A DNA stretch of 64,000 nucleotides from an uncultured virus (IMG/VR IMGVR_UViG_3300025641_000004) (IMGVR_UViG_3300025641_000004); one strand, 5' to 3'. Positions 18,516 to 29,405 are shown, numbered from the stretch's first letter. Numbers and translations are program-made. The notes: generated by a model from the letters alone, not told the origin.

Positions 18516-18726
18516 TGAAAGAAAAATGGTTGCTTTGAGTATAATGTCATCACCTGATCTATTTAAGATTTGCGAAGGTTGTGATTCCATTTTGCAATAC
18601 CACGTTAATATATGTAGGAATTGTAAAAGCTATAGGTTTAACACGTCCACAGATGATATTATAGAACACGCTAAAACTCTTGGCAACAGAGAACAAACAA
18701 CAGTAACAGAAGACGATTTATTTTAA
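18508..18726 (+). CDS. Zinc-ribbon protein
   Basis: CEGC..CRNC.SYRF. Confidence 0.6.
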   Translation: MSDERKMVALSIMSSPDLFKICEGCDSILQYHVNICRNCKSYRFNTSTDDIIEHAKTLGNREQTTVTEDDLF

Positions 18727-19013
18727 ACATATGAAAAAACAAAAGAAAAAAATAGTTGGCAACCTATTTAATGAAGGCGTGCTAATAGCATGTGATTCAG
18801 AAGAAGTATGCGGTTTATATATTAAAGAAGTTGATAATAACAACCTTATTTCCAAAATGATTATGTCATGGTTACTATCTATTTCCGAAGATAATGAACT
18901 TGGTATTAATTCTTTAGAAGAAGCTAGTAAGTTTGTAATTGAAAAGTTTACAACTGAAGATGATCATACTTATGCTTATAAAAATCTAAAAGCAACAATT
19001 AACTATATTTAAT

Positions 19014-19334
19014 ATGTTAGATTTAATAATTGCGCTATCATTACATGTAGGATTAAAAGAAGACTATAATGAAGTACATCCACATATAAGATATACACAC
19101 GATGATATTATTACTGGAGTATATTATAATAGCGAAAAAGAAATTAGCGCATATGTCGGACAACGATGGGAAAAATATAACTGTGGCATTGAAGTTGGCA
19201 TAGTATCTGGATATTCAATTGCGCCTGTTGTTCCATTTGTAAGAGCAACTTATCATGACTTTTTTGTTATGCCGGCGTTTGAAGAAGAAGATAATACTAT
19301 TGGAGCAGTCTTCGGATACGAATTTAAATTTTAA
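19014..19334 (+). CDS. Small outer-membrane beta-barrel-like protein
   Basis: Alternating aromatic beta strands, GVYYNS, C-terminal GYEFKF. Confidence 0.6.
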   Translation: MLDLIIALSLHVGLKEDYNEVHPHIRYTHDDIITGVYYNSEKEISAYVGQRWEKYNCGIEVGIVSGYSIAPVVPFVRATYHDFFVMPAFEEEDNTIGAVFGYEFKF

Positions 19335-20891
19335 ATAGAAACACGTTATGGTAATTAAAGCAACACAGGAACTAAATATAAATTTAGATAATGAGCAACA
19401 GAAAGAAGTTACTCGGGATTATCTATATAAGCAGACCGATTGGAAACCAACATACTTTGTTAATGAAGAAGATGGATGGGTATATGAAGAGAAAACCTGC
19501 CACACAACTCATTCTTTTGAAGTGACAGATAAGGTTAGACTTGCAAACTCAGAAGATATCTTAATTGATAAGATTCTCAAAACCCACATGTTTAACTTAT
19601 GATAGCGACAATAATTGAATGGAATACGGTAATACCTTTGATTAGTGGTATTGCTATTGGAATGGTTCTTATTAAAATTATATCAAACTTTGAAAATAAA
19701 TGAGAGACGAAAAAGTAAAAAACGCCGAAACACTTTTAGTTGCTTTTGCCTTTTTGGTGATATTCATTACATCAGTAGCAAATGCGGTTAAGATTAATAA
19801 TTCAAATGAACGAATAAACACCCTTGAAGAAAAATTAGAAAACAAATAAATATGATAAAGATAGTAAAGTTTATAGATAAAAGCCTCGCGATTGGTAACA
19901 ATGATGATAAGTTTCAGGATTACATTAACAGTGTATTGCCTCTTCGTGGAGGTTTTGCCGAGCAATTCCTTGTATGTAAGGAGGAAGTTGACGTGTATAT
20001 TAAGAGCTTAATGAAAAATGAAGAAACCAAACTCCGCCGCGCTATCAATCAGTTTGCTGCCTCATTCAAAAAATAAAACACAGCAAACAAAATATAATGA
20101 AAACCGCTCTTGAAGCAGCTAAAGATTTAAAAGCCAAATATCTTGAGCAAATAGAAAACATTGATAAACTAATTTTGTCACTTGGCATTAAAGAACTTAT
20201 TCCAGATTTTTACGAAAACGATAAATACGAAAATATATCCATTGGCCTGCACGTTACAAAAAATCTAGAATTTTCAAAGAGGATTGCTTTTATGCCAAAG
20301 AAGGTTTTAGAAAAAAGAAGAAGCCAACATACGGTTATTATAAACAAACAAAAATTTCCAGCTAATAAAGTCCCAGATGTAATTTGGGAACATGCAATTG
20401 AAAACACAAAAAAACAATACACAACAAATAAAATATAATGAAAATGCAACTAAAGTTTAAAAATAAAAAAGCGTATGATGCCTGCCACACCTATGTCGAT
20501 GGCCACAGCTTCTACTTTCGTAACCACGCTAAAGACAGAATCCTTCAATTCTGTTATGAGTATACACTACTAGATGTTGCAGAAGCATGTGATTCATTGT
20601 TAAGTTTAGAAGGTAAATACGAAATTATTACTGAATAATATTATGAAACTCATATTAAGATCTGCTGTGGTATTAAGTGTAATTTGTTTATTACTACCCA
20701 TAGCATATATGCTTTATATGAATACACTTAATCTATTTCTTTCTCTATTGGCTGTCTTAGCATTTTGTAATTTAACGTTTACAGTTATATTACTATTATC
20801 GATTCATATTGAAGAAAGTACGAGACACCTTAAATTAGTAAAAGGCAAGCGTGGTAATAAGTGGATTCACTGAAACAAATAAAGGTATAAT

Positions 20892-20967
20892 TCCCGAGTA
20901 GCTCAGCGGTAGTAGCGGGTGACTGTTAATCACTAGGTCGTAGGTTCGAATCCTACCTCGGGAGCCA
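20892..20967 (+). tRNA. trnN: tRNA-Asn(GTT)
   Basis: TCCCGAG/CTCGGGA acceptor; GGTGA-CTGTTAA-TCACT; GGTTCGAATCC; encoded CCA. Confidence 0.95.
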
Positions 20968-20986
20968 TTTTAAGTTAATAATTATT

Positions 20987-21069
20987 GGGTAGGTGGCCGA
21001 GTGGTTAAAGGCGGCAGACTGTAAATCTGCTCTCGTATGAGTACGCTGGTTCGAATCCAGCCCTGCCCA
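20987..21069 (+). tRNA. trnY: tRNA-Tyr(GTA)
   Basis: GGGTAGG/CCTGCCC acceptor; GCAGA-CTGTAAA-TCTGC; variable arm; GGTTCGAATCC. Confidence 0.95.
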
Positions 21070-21095
21070 CCTTTTTTTTATTATAAATTATATTA

Positions 21096-21515
21096 ATGGC
21101 AAGGCCCTTTTACAACATAACCGATAACGTTATTATTAATGTATCATTATTAGAGGAAATTATATATGAAGATGATAATACAATAACATTAAAATTTAAT
21201 AGTGGCTTTAAATCATCATATGATTTAAACGAGGTTTCATTACATTTTAAAAATTTCTTATTTAGTTTACAAACCTAAATAAATATAATTAAATAAAGCC
21301 CTTACGCCATGATTTTAAACCTTCTTTTCATATCAGTTTTTCTTTTCATATCATCTCTCATTTTTGATTTGAGTAATAATATAAAGATTCTACTCATGAT
21401 AATTCCTCAGATTATACTAGGAATTATGTTTATTAAATCATACATTATTAGCCGAGAAATGCACAAACATCACAAACCGCATCGAAAAAGAAAGAAAAGA
21501 GACCCATTTAGCTAG
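21096..21515 (+). other. Two small ORFs (21096-21278; 21309-21515, a two-TM protein with basic tail)
   Basis: ORF track and hydropathy. Confidence 0.5.
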
Positions 21516-21521
21516 TGGGAA

Positions 21522-21610
21522 AACCCTATATTCTACGGGGGTTGTAGAGTGAAATGTGCATTTTGTGAATTATTTTATTTACAAATGTGCCTTTTTATGG
21601 TATAATATAA
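21522..21610 (+). repeat. 89-bp promoter/stem-loop cassette, copy 2
   Basis: Direct repeat of 17445-17533; TTTACA(21578)-N17-TATAAT(21601). Confidence 0.9.
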
Positions 21611-21657
21611 CTACAGAGAGGGACACCAACCAACTCAATCCACCACCACCTTATATC

Positions 21658-22317
21658 ATGAAAACACTAATTACGCTAACCACCATCGTTGGAGGAAGTA
21701 TTTTTACAACCTTTAACGCCGAAGATACCGCTTCACACGTGCCAAACGAAATTTTTACTCCAATTGAAATTTCCAAGCCGATCTTAGTAAAGCCAAAACG
21801 AATTTATGCAGTTCTGGTTAAACCGACAATCAAACGATATACCATCGAGGATTTTGAAAGAGATGAAGCCGAACGTAATGAAAACGAAGCTTGGGATAAG
21901 ATGGTTGAGGGCGTAAAGTTCTTTGAAGGATTTAAACCTAAAGCTTATAAATGTGCTGCTGGAGTAACTACCATTGGATATGGGCATACTGGTAAATATG
22001 CCAAAGTTAAGAAAATCGTATCTGAAATGGAAGCCGAGGAAATGCTAATGGATGAACTTATGGAAGCACGAAGCCATGTAGAACGTATTGTAAAGGTACC
22101 TTTAACGAAAGCTCAAATGGCAGCCCTCACTTCCTTCACATTTAATGCAGGGCAAGGCAATCTGCGAATGCTAGTAAATCAACCTGGACGCTTAAACTCA
22201 GGAAATTATGAAAGCGTAGAAAAGATGCTACCTAAGTATAATAAAGGCGGAGGTAGAACTCTCAAAGGATTAACTAAAAGAAGAAACTGGGAAACTTCAC
22301 TTTGGGTAAGTAACTAA
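21658..22317 (+). CDS. GH24 lysozyme with N-terminal signal/SAR-like segment
   Basis: FEGFKPKAYKCAAGVTTIGYGHT (E-x8-C-x5-T), ALTSFTFNAG, GLTKRR..E; start moved to ATG 21658 because the track start lies in the promoter. Confidence 0.9.
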   Translation: MKTLITLTTIVGGSIFTTFNAEDTASHVPNEIFTPIEISKPILVKPKRIYAVLVKPTIKRYTIEDFERDEAERNENEAWDKMVEGVKFFEGFKPKAYKCAAGVTTIGYGHTGKYAKVKKIVSEMEAEEMLMDELMEARSHVERIVKVPLTKAQMAALTSFTFNAGQGNLRMLVNQPGRLNSGNYESVEKMLPKYNKGGGRTLKGLTKRRNWETSLWVSN

Positions 22318-22417
22318 TATACTAATATGGAAGAATGGATAATTGATACGACAATCGCGTTTAGTATTATAATTGTAATATACACATTATTAATAACAAT
22401 ATCAGAAATATTTTAAT

Positions 22418-23631
22418 ATGAATAAAGACGAAATAATAATAGAAAAATGGGAATCCTTTACAGAATTCCGTGGGCAACTTTTAAAAGTTAATTTGAAAAA
22501 AATGGCTGAAGATTATGAACGCCCCGATATCTTAGAAATGGATGAAGAAGACTTAAATGAATTTATATCCGACTCTGATCTTATCTGCGACTGCAAAGAT
22601 ACTGATTATTTTGAAACTTATCTTGCCGTTGTAAATCAAAGTGATCCTGATTTAGAAACCAATATATTTACAAATAATAAAGAAGCTCTTGATGGAATTT
22701 CATGGCGAGGTTTTTATAGAGGAGATCCTGATGATTGGCAAGAAATGGATTGGAATGAGAAATCAAAAAGAATAGAAGCTCTTGAAAAAGAACTAAAAGA
22801 ATTAAAGGGCGAGTAATATTATGATGCCAACAGATATAGACCTAATTGAAAATGAAAAGATTGGTGCCTTTTGGAATATGCTGCAAGATGTTTTATCAGA
22901 ATGCAGTAATGACGAAAGCATCGATCCATTCACGCAGATGGATACACTCCCAGAAGAAGCTTATATGCTAGCATGTATGCCTTTAAACGAAGTGGTAAGA
23001 TTTCTAGTAGAAAGAAACTTTGAGATTAATATCTCATATAATAAAACAAAACAAAACAAATAAATTATGAACAACGAAACAAGTGAATCCTTATTGGAGG
23101 AATATGATGGGTGTAAAGAACTAATGGAATCTCGTGAAACTACTGTTATAGTAGAAAGAACAGAAACCGCTCACCTTTGCACAACATGGAGAACTGAAAT
23201 TAACCTTGATGATGTTAGAACTAACAACGGAATTTCATATGAAGATATGAGTAATGTTGAACTTGCCGAAGCAATTAAAGATTGCCCTGGCGATTATATT
23301 GAAGAGCTCTGGGATGGCGATATTGTTTATGACAAAAGAAAAGAGTTTGGTACTGATGATGACGTCACATTTGAATCAGATCTTGATTGGCTTAGCGAAA
23401 ACGGATTAGACTAATATGAAACTACAACTACTAATAAACTTTGTTTTTCTTGTGTGCTTGGTTACATCTATTGCTATATGTTTGGATTTGAAAAGAACTC
23501 AAATTCGAATGATTTACGCTTTGGATAACACCTTAAAAATACACAACAATTATTCAGATAAGAAAGCCGAAGTCTTAAAAAGGATTGAAGACCTTGTTAT
23601 TGAAGAAGAAAATGTCAATATATCATTTTAA
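22418..23631 (+). other. Four hypothetical genes (22418-22816, 22821-23063, 23067-23414, 23416-23631), first three strongly acidic
   Basis: Co-oriented ORFs, D/E-rich. Confidence 0.65.
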
Positions 23632-23644
23632 GGTTATTTTATCC

Positions 23645-23673
23645 TTTACATATACTTCATTTTAGATTATAAT
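23645..23673 (+). promoter_or_regulatory. Early promoter
   Basis: TTTACA-N17-TATAAT. Confidence 0.7.
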
Positions 23674-23694
23674 TATATTATACAAAATAACATT

Positions 23695-24897
23695 ATGGCA
23701 AAAACATCACAACGACTATTTAATAAACGCGGCCGAATAATTGCACTAGATACAAAGTATACTGGTGACGAACCCGAATGGGGCGATGCATCTGAAATTG
23801 ACCTTAAAGAATATAATAAACGGCTCGATCGTGGGTTAAGGTTTTATGGTTATTATTGTGATTCTAAAACAATGAAGCCGTGGGTTCTTGATTGGATGCC
23901 ATCTAATGGTTTTACCAAAGAGCAAGTTGATATTATTAAAGTGGCTCCGCCGTCCTATGTCAATGGTACGGTTGGTAAACTCATTCGTATGTTGAATATG
24001 GGAATGCCTAATAAGAGAAACATTAAGAGCTGGATTAAATCAGAGTTAAATGATTCGCTTTATGAAATTAATCGAATGATGAACGATCCAAAGCGAATCT
24101 TTGATGAAGAAGCAAAGGTAGATATTCCTAAAGTAAAACCGATATCACCTCTAAAGCGTGTAGAGAATAAAATAAATGAAGATATTATTGTTCCTCTTGA
24201 GATGCTTTTAGATGATATCATTAGTATCAAACCAGATACTGCTCCTGCAAAAATTCCAAATATGGATATTGGTAGATTACTTCGTAGTAATAATGCTGCT
24301 GGTAATGGAATTAAATATGTTGTTGAATGGATTAATAAACATCTCGATGAGTTTAACGAAGCGTATAACAAAACCGATGAATATGTTGTTGAAGGTTATT
24401 CTTGGTTACGTCGTCCTCAACTAAATAGGATTATAAAGAACTTTGAAAAAATGCTGGATGATACTAAGATTTATTCACGAAGCAAAGTTAAGACTCGTAA
24501 ACCTCGAGTTAAAAAACCAAAGGCTGTTGATAAACAAATTACTAGACTTAAGTATGCTGCTGCATCAAGCGAATATCAACTAACAAGCGTTGATCCAACG
24601 AGCTTACCATTTTCACAGAGAGCTTACTTCTTTAATACTAAGAATCGCCAACTGTCAATTTATTATGCTAGTGGTAATGCTGGGTTTGAAGTAAAAGGAA
24701 CTTCTCTAAAAGGTTTTGATGAAGAACGAAGCATTATAACAACTCTTAGAAAGCCTATGGAATTTCTACCGATATTATTATCAGCCACTCCTAAAAAGAT
24801 CGATAAGGTCTTAGAAACACTTAAAACAAAACCCCGTAAAGGGAATGGCAGAATAAACGCAAACATGATTATACTACGAACACTTGATACTAAATGA
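23695..24897 (+). CDS. Conserved T4-like phage hypothetical protein
   Basis: G.EP.W, EGYS.L, RKPRVKK, FNTK.R.L, TLRKP, NGRIN motifs; position upstream of gp33. Confidence 0.7.
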   Translation: MAKTSQRLFNKRGRIIALDTKYTGDEPEWGDASEIDLKEYNKRLDRGLRFYGYYCDSKTMKPWVLDWMPSNGFTKEQVDIIKVAPPSYVNGTVGKLIRMLNMGMPNKRNIKSWIKSELNDSLYEINRMMNDPKRIFDEEAKVDIPKVKPISPLKRVENKINEDIIVPLEMLLDDIISIKPDTAPAKIPNMDIGRLLRSNNAAGNGIKYVVEWINKHLDEFNEAYNKTDEYVVEGYSWLRRPQLNRIIKNFEKMLDDTKIYSRSKVKTRKPRVKKPKAVDKQITRLKYAAASSEYQLTSVDPTSLPFSQRAYFFNTKNRQLSIYYASGNAGFEVKGTSLKGFDEERSIITTLRKPMEFLPILLSATPKKIDKVLETLKTKPRKGNGRINANMIILRTLDTK

Positions 24898-25145
24898 AAA
24901 AAACCGACATTAAAAAAACAATAGGATTAGCAATAACAAAGGAAGAATTAATTTTAAAAACAGAAAGGCTAGTATTAAAAGATAAGATCGAATATGCTCA
25001 CGCCGTGTGCCAGATTTGTTTAGAACTAGAACTTGACCCAGAAGATGTTGCAAAATTAATTGAAGGCCCATTGAAAACGAAACTAAAAGTTGAAGCTCAG
25101 AAAAATAATGTTTTACCTAGATCTAATACAGCCACACTTGAATAA
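24894..25145 (+). CDS. gp33: Late transcription co-activator
   Basis: Y..AV...C....DPEDVAKLI..PLK.KL..EA...N.L; synteny 33-59-32. Confidence 0.85.
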   Translation: MKKTDIKKTIGLAITKEELILKTERLVLKDKIEYAHAVCQICLELELDPEDVAKLIEGPLKTKLKVEAQKNNVLPRSNTATLE

Positions 25146-25303
25146 TGAAAGACTGCACAATTGAAGTAAAATATATTAATCTTGATTTAATAGAATACGT
25201 TAGTATTAAAAGTAATAATATTAAATGGTCTATGGATCAATATCAAAGGAACCGTGAGCCACTTAAATGGGCGGTAATTAAAGAAGAACCATTAAATGAT
25301 TAA
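25145..25303 (+). CDS. Small hypothetical protein (not in ORF track)
   Basis: 52 aa filling the gp33-gp59 gap, overlapping both neighbours. Confidence 0.5.
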   Translation: MKDCTIEVKYINLDLIEYVSIKSNNIKWSMDQYQRNREPLKWAVIKEEPLND

Positions 25304-25940
25304 CTTAAGTATAGATACTAGCACTTCACCGATGGATGCGTGGAGTACAGTGACTGCAATGTCGCTGCATTTTAATTCTGAAAGAGATTATGATGCATTT
25401 AAATTTAGTTTTAAAGGTCCTCGATGTAAAAGAGAAACCTTTGAACAAAACAAAAACCGCTTTCAATTTGAAAAGTTGGCAAGGAAATATCCATATAGAA
25501 ACGATATTATTCTATACTCATTAGCTAACCTTTTAAGTGGAGAAAAATGGATTGGCAACTTTACAGATGTCGCATATGATAGGTGGAAAGCCAAAATGCA
25601 AAACGTCGAATACACTTATAAAGAAGAGATGAAAACTCTAATTGAGCAATCTCCATATAAAACTTTTGATGAGATGATATTACCGAAAGACTTAACTGAT
25701 GTTCCTTATATATATAAAATGGTGCAAGGTGGTAATGTATCAATTGAGACTATAACTATTCTTAATATCATTTCATCTTATACATCAGATCTTCAGTCTA
25801 AGTTAACGGACCCTCTGGGAATATCTTCTGAACTTACTTTTAAGGTTAGGAAATATACTCCTTTTCTTAGACCGATGATAGACATTAATAAGTATGCAGA
25901 AATAACTAGAACTTTATGGTTTACATCTGTAGAAAATTAG
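25296..25940 (+). CDS. gp59: Helicase loader
   Basis: A..LHF....YD..KF, F.KLARKY, VSIET..IL, KY.PFL. Confidence 0.85.
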   Translation: MINLSIDTSTSPMDAWSTVTAMSLHFNSERDYDAFKFSFKGPRCKRETFEQNKNRFQFEKLARKYPYRNDIILYSLANLLSGEKWIGNFTDVAYDRWKAKMQNVEYTYKEEMKTLIEQSPYKTFDEMILPKDLTDVPYIYKMVQGGNVSIETITILNIISSYTSDLQSKLTDPLGISSELTFKVRKYTPFLRPMIDINKYAEITRTLWFTSVEN

Positions 25941-25948
25941 TGTATAAT
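25920..25948 (+). promoter_or_regulatory. Early promoter for gp32
   Basis: TTTACA-N17-TATAAT. Confidence 0.7.
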
Positions 25949-25996
25949 AATACAACGAAACAAACAAACAATACAACGCAATACAAATAAAATAAT

Positions 25997-26899
25997 ATGT
26001 CATTTGATAAACTAAAAGCAAATCGGTCAGCCGCAATTGGGAAACTAGTCGCAGAAGCTGAAAAGGTCGGAGGTAAATCCACTAAATCTTACGGCGATGA
26101 TCGTGAGTGGAAACCTACCGTGGATAAAGCAGGTAACGGTTATGCCATCATTCGTTTTCTTCCAGTAAAAGATGGAGACGATTTGCCATGGGTTCGTTAT
26201 TGGGATCATGGATTCCAAGGGCCAACAGGCAGGTGGTACATTGAGAAATCACTCACATCAATTGGTAAAGATGATCCAGTATCTGAGATTAATAGCCGAC
26301 TGTGGAATACAGGTAATGAAGCTGACAAAGATGTCGCTCGTTCACGTAAACGCCGTCTACATTATGTCTCAAATATCTTGGTGGTATCTGATCCAGCTAA
26401 CCCAGACAATGAAGGAAAGACTTTCCTTTACAAGTATGGTAAGAAGATCTTTGATAAAATTATGGATGTTATGCAGCCACAATTTCAAGATGAGAAAGCA
26501 GTTAACCCATTTGATTTTTGGGAAGGCGCTAACTTTAAGTTGAAGATCCGCACCGAACAATGGAGGAACTATGATAAGTCAGAATTTGACGGTTGTACTC
26601 CTCTCTTTGATAACGATGAAGATCGCCTTCGCGAAATTTATGATGGACTATACAGTCTATCTGAATTCACCGATGAATCTTCATATAAGTCATACGACGA
26701 TCTAAAGCGCAAGCTGATTGAAGTTCTTGGTGCTGAAGAAGTTAATGGTGTACAGGTTCTCACTGAGCCTTCTGCTCCAACTTCTCCAAAGGTTCAATCA
26801 GAACCAGAAGTTACTACTGAAGAAGTATCATCAGACGTTAGCGATGACGATGATGACGACGATTCACTTAGTTACTTTGCTCAATTGGCCAAAAGCTAA
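25997..26899 (+). CDS. gp32: Single-stranded DNA-binding protein
   Basis: DKAGNGYAIIRFLP, HGFQGPTGRWYIE, YGKKIFDKI, PFDFWEGANFKLK, acidic tail SLSYFAQLA. Confidence 0.97.
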   Translation: MSFDKLKANRSAAIGKLVAEAEKVGGKSTKSYGDDREWKPTVDKAGNGYAIIRFLPVKDGDDLPWVRYWDHGFQGPTGRWYIEKSLTSIGKDDPVSEINSRLWNTGNEADKDVARSRKRRLHYVSNILVVSDPANPDNEGKTFLYKYGKKIFDKIMDVMQPQFQDEKAVNPFDFWEGANFKLKIRTEQWRNYDKSEFDGCTPLFDNDEDRLREIYDGLYSLSEFTDESSYKSYDDLKRKLIEVLGAEEVNGVQVLTEPSAPTSPKVQSEPEVTTEEVSSDVSDDDDDDDSLSYFAQLAKS

Positions 26900-26914
26900 T
26901 TTAAAACTAATTAC

Positions 26915-26956
26915 AATATCGCCATCTGGTTTAATTACTAGATGGCGATATTTTTT
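26915..26956. terminator. Intrinsic terminator between convergent genes
   Basis: 16-bp stem AATATCGCCATCTGGT/ACTAGATGGCGATATT followed by T run. Confidence 0.85.
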
Positions 26957-29405
26957 ATAAAGACATAGCAGACCCAGCCAGAACATTATCAGTGGATTCG
27001 GCGATAGTGTTCTGCGTGGATTGTGAACTATTATTAGTTACGTTCCCTCCGTTATTATTAACAACATTAATAACTGGAGCTGCATTCATTGCGCCAGTTT
27101 CTGATAACGCTTCTCCAACATTATCAACCTTTGAGGGCTTTTCCATTTGATCAGGGCTAAGCTGGTTTGATGTATTAGGTTCGTTTAATAATAAATTAAG
27201 TTGCTCTCTTTTTTGTTTTAATTCTAGCCCAGCCTCATTTGACTTTCGTTGAGCTTCATCTGATTGTTGTCCAAGAGTATCTACCTTTTCGTCATTAACA
27301 AAGAAATCATCCATTTCATCTGTTTGCTGTTTAGTTAGTTCAACAGATTGTTTTTGGAATTTTTGTTTGTCAGCTTCTAATTTTGCTATTTCTTCAGCCA
27401 ATCGTTTTGCTTCGGGATTACCGCTTTCTTCTGCCGCTTTCTTATCAGATGCTACCTTTTTTGATCCTCTAGCTGCAACGCTTTCAGCTGCAGATGGTTT
27501 TGAACCCCAAACAAATTCAAGTAAAGAATCAGGCATTACCTTAAGCATTAAGGTTTCCTTACTAAACGTATCATACTTTTTATTAGGATCAGGAACTACA
27601 TTTTTAAGTACTTCTCTTTGTATATTTTCAAGAGCACCATCACCAGATATAGCGCCTGAAATTAAACCAACAGGTGACATAGCAAAGAATTTTTTAACGC
27701 CATCAACAATGAAATCCCAGACGGTTTTTACTAAAGATGTAACCCCGTTCTTTAAAAATCCTTTTATAGATGATCCAACAGATTTTATTTCTTCTCCGAT
27801 ATTTGAAAAGAACGAACCAATCGCGTTAAAACTATTCATTATACTTTCTCCAATAGATACAAAGAACGAACTAATCGCGTTAAAACCATCCAGTATTTCT
27901 TTGATAATAGGTTCAAAGAACAAGCCGATTTTTTCTAAACCACCCATTATACTATCTCCAATAGATACAAAGAATCCGCCAACTCTTTTCATGTTTTCTG
28001 AGAAGTCTGAAAAGAAATCTATGATGAGTTTGGCAGGCATAGCAATAGCGTCAATTATCACACCAATATATTTGTTAATATCAAAGTCATATAACATTTC
28101 CTTGAAATTATCAAATCCTAATAAACCACCGAGCCAGCCAATACCGTCTATCACTAGATTAATAAGTCCGCCAAAGACACCTTCAATCGCACCCTTAATA
28201 AATCCAATAAGTCCTCCGGCGATTTTTTGAATAATATTACCTTCAGTTTCGGTAAAACCTTTAAAGGCGCCCATGACTCCAAAAACAAGACCTTCAATAA
28301 TCATTATAACTTGGCCTATAATCGGAATACTTTTGGCTAGAGTTGCTCCAATTTTAATACCTATTTTAAAAAACTTAGAGATAGCACTGAAGAATTTTGA
28401 AATTTTTCCGCCTGACCCAAGCCCTTTAATGAAATTGAATACGGGTTTTATAAAGTCAAACGCTTTGCTGAAAGTAGAAGCAGCAGAGCGAAAAGCTTTT
28501 CCAATAGCGCTAAAGAAATTCTTGACTGGTTCGAAAATTTTAAGAATTGATTTTACAATTTTAAATGATTTTATTTTTCTAATCACTTCGCCAACAAAGC
28601 CAACAATCACTCCACCTATTAAAGATAAAGAACCTAATATATTAGTAAGCCATCCGTTATCTTTAATAAATTCTTTAACCATCTTGCCTGAACTTTGTCC
28701 TTTTTTAGCGGCTTCGGCTTCGGATTCTTTTTTATTTAAAGCCAATTTCCTAGCCATCATTTTTTCAAAACTAAAACTGTCGCTCTCAGTCTTATTAGCT
28801 TTTTTAGTTAGTAAAGATATTGATTTTAGCTCTTCTGCATTTGCATTTAAAAGCCCGTTGCCTTCGGCTATCTTTTTTAGAACTTTAAGGCCTCTGTCCT
28901 GTGCAACAGGATCTAGTAATTTGGGCGCATTAAATAAAGAAGCCCTATCAGTAAACATTTTAGGTAGCGGCGCAGGCTTAACTATAGTTTCTTTATCATC
29001 ATTATTAACTATAGTTTCTTTATCATTATTAACTATAGTTTCTTTAATTATTGAGGGTTGGTTAACAACCTTTGATAAATTATCTATAGACCCTTGGAAT
29101 TCTTCACTTTGTTCTTTAATAGCGGCTATAGAACTTTTAGATGATGCCGATAAATCCTTTTGTAAATCCTTGATAGCATCAACATTTTTTTGATTATCAC
29201 TAGCAATGAACTCAAGTAATTTATTACCACTACTTAATAATGTATTTGTTTCAATTTTATTGGCAACACTTTTCTTTAAAGTTGCTATACCAATACCCTT
29301 TAATTCATTAAGCCCACTTATAAATTCTTTCTGTAAAGAAGCAATTATAGGGCCTATAATAGAATTATTATTAGTATTATTATTAGTATTACTTGGCGTT
29401 TCCAT
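26955..29405 (-). CDS. gp29: Tape measure-like protein (T4 gp29 analogue)
   Basis: Long helical protein, periodic F/I-G amphipathic repeats, IPIIG, Asn-rich C-terminus; position after gp26/gp51. Confidence 0.7.
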   Translation of the reverse strand: METPSNTNNNTNNNSIIGPIIASLQKEFISGLNELKGIGIATLKKSVANKIETNTLLSSGNKLLEFIASDNQKNVDAIKDLQKDLSASSKSSIAAIKEQSEEFQGSIDNLSKVVNQPSIIKETIVNNDKETIVNNDDKETIVKPAPLPKMFTDRASLFNAPKLLDPVAQDRGLKVLKKIAEGNGLLNANAEELKSISLLTKKANKTESDSFSFEKMMARKLALNKKESEAEAAKKGQSSGKMVKEFIKDNGWLTNILGSLSLIGGVIVGFVGEVIRKIKSFKIVKSILKIFEPVKNFFSAIGKAFRSAASTFSKAFDFIKPVFNFIKGLGSGGKISKFFSAISKFFKIGIKIGATLAKSIPIIGQVIMIIEGLVFGVMGAFKGFTETEGNIIQKIAGGLIGFIKGAIEGVFGGLINLVIDGIGWLGGLLGFDNFKEMLYDFDINKYIGVIIDAIAMPAKLIIDFFSDFSENMKRVGGFFVSIGDSIMGGLEKIGLFFEPIIKEILDGFNAISSFFVSIGESIMNSFNAIGSFFSNIGEEIKSVGSSIKGFLKNGVTSLVKTVWDFIVDGVKKFFAMSPVGLISGAISGDGALENIQREVLKNVVPDPNKKYDTFSKETLMLKVMPDSLLEFVWGSKPSAAESVAARGSKKVASDKKAAEESGNPEAKRLAEEIAKLEADKQKFQKQSVELTKQQTDEMDDFFVNDEKVDTLGQQSDEAQRKSNEAGLELKQKREQLNLLLNEPNTSNQLSPDQMEKPSKVDNVGEALSETGAMNAAPVINVVNNNGGNVTNNSSQSTQNTIAESTDNVLAGSAMSL
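28978..29047 (-). repeat. Coding tandem repeat (KETIVNND x about 3)
   Basis: ttaactatagtttcttta repeated three times at 24-27 nt period. Confidence 0.85.

Larger units (their letters stand above)
17617..20873 (+). other. Array of about 14 small co-oriented early hypothetical genes, several with a TM
   Basis: Tightly packed 34-113 aa ORFs between the two cassette copies. Confidence 0.7.

Noticed and set aside
21556..21657. N-terminal extension of the lysozyme in the ORF track
   Set aside because: It spans the repeated promoter cassette and leader; ATG 21658 gives a sensible signal segment
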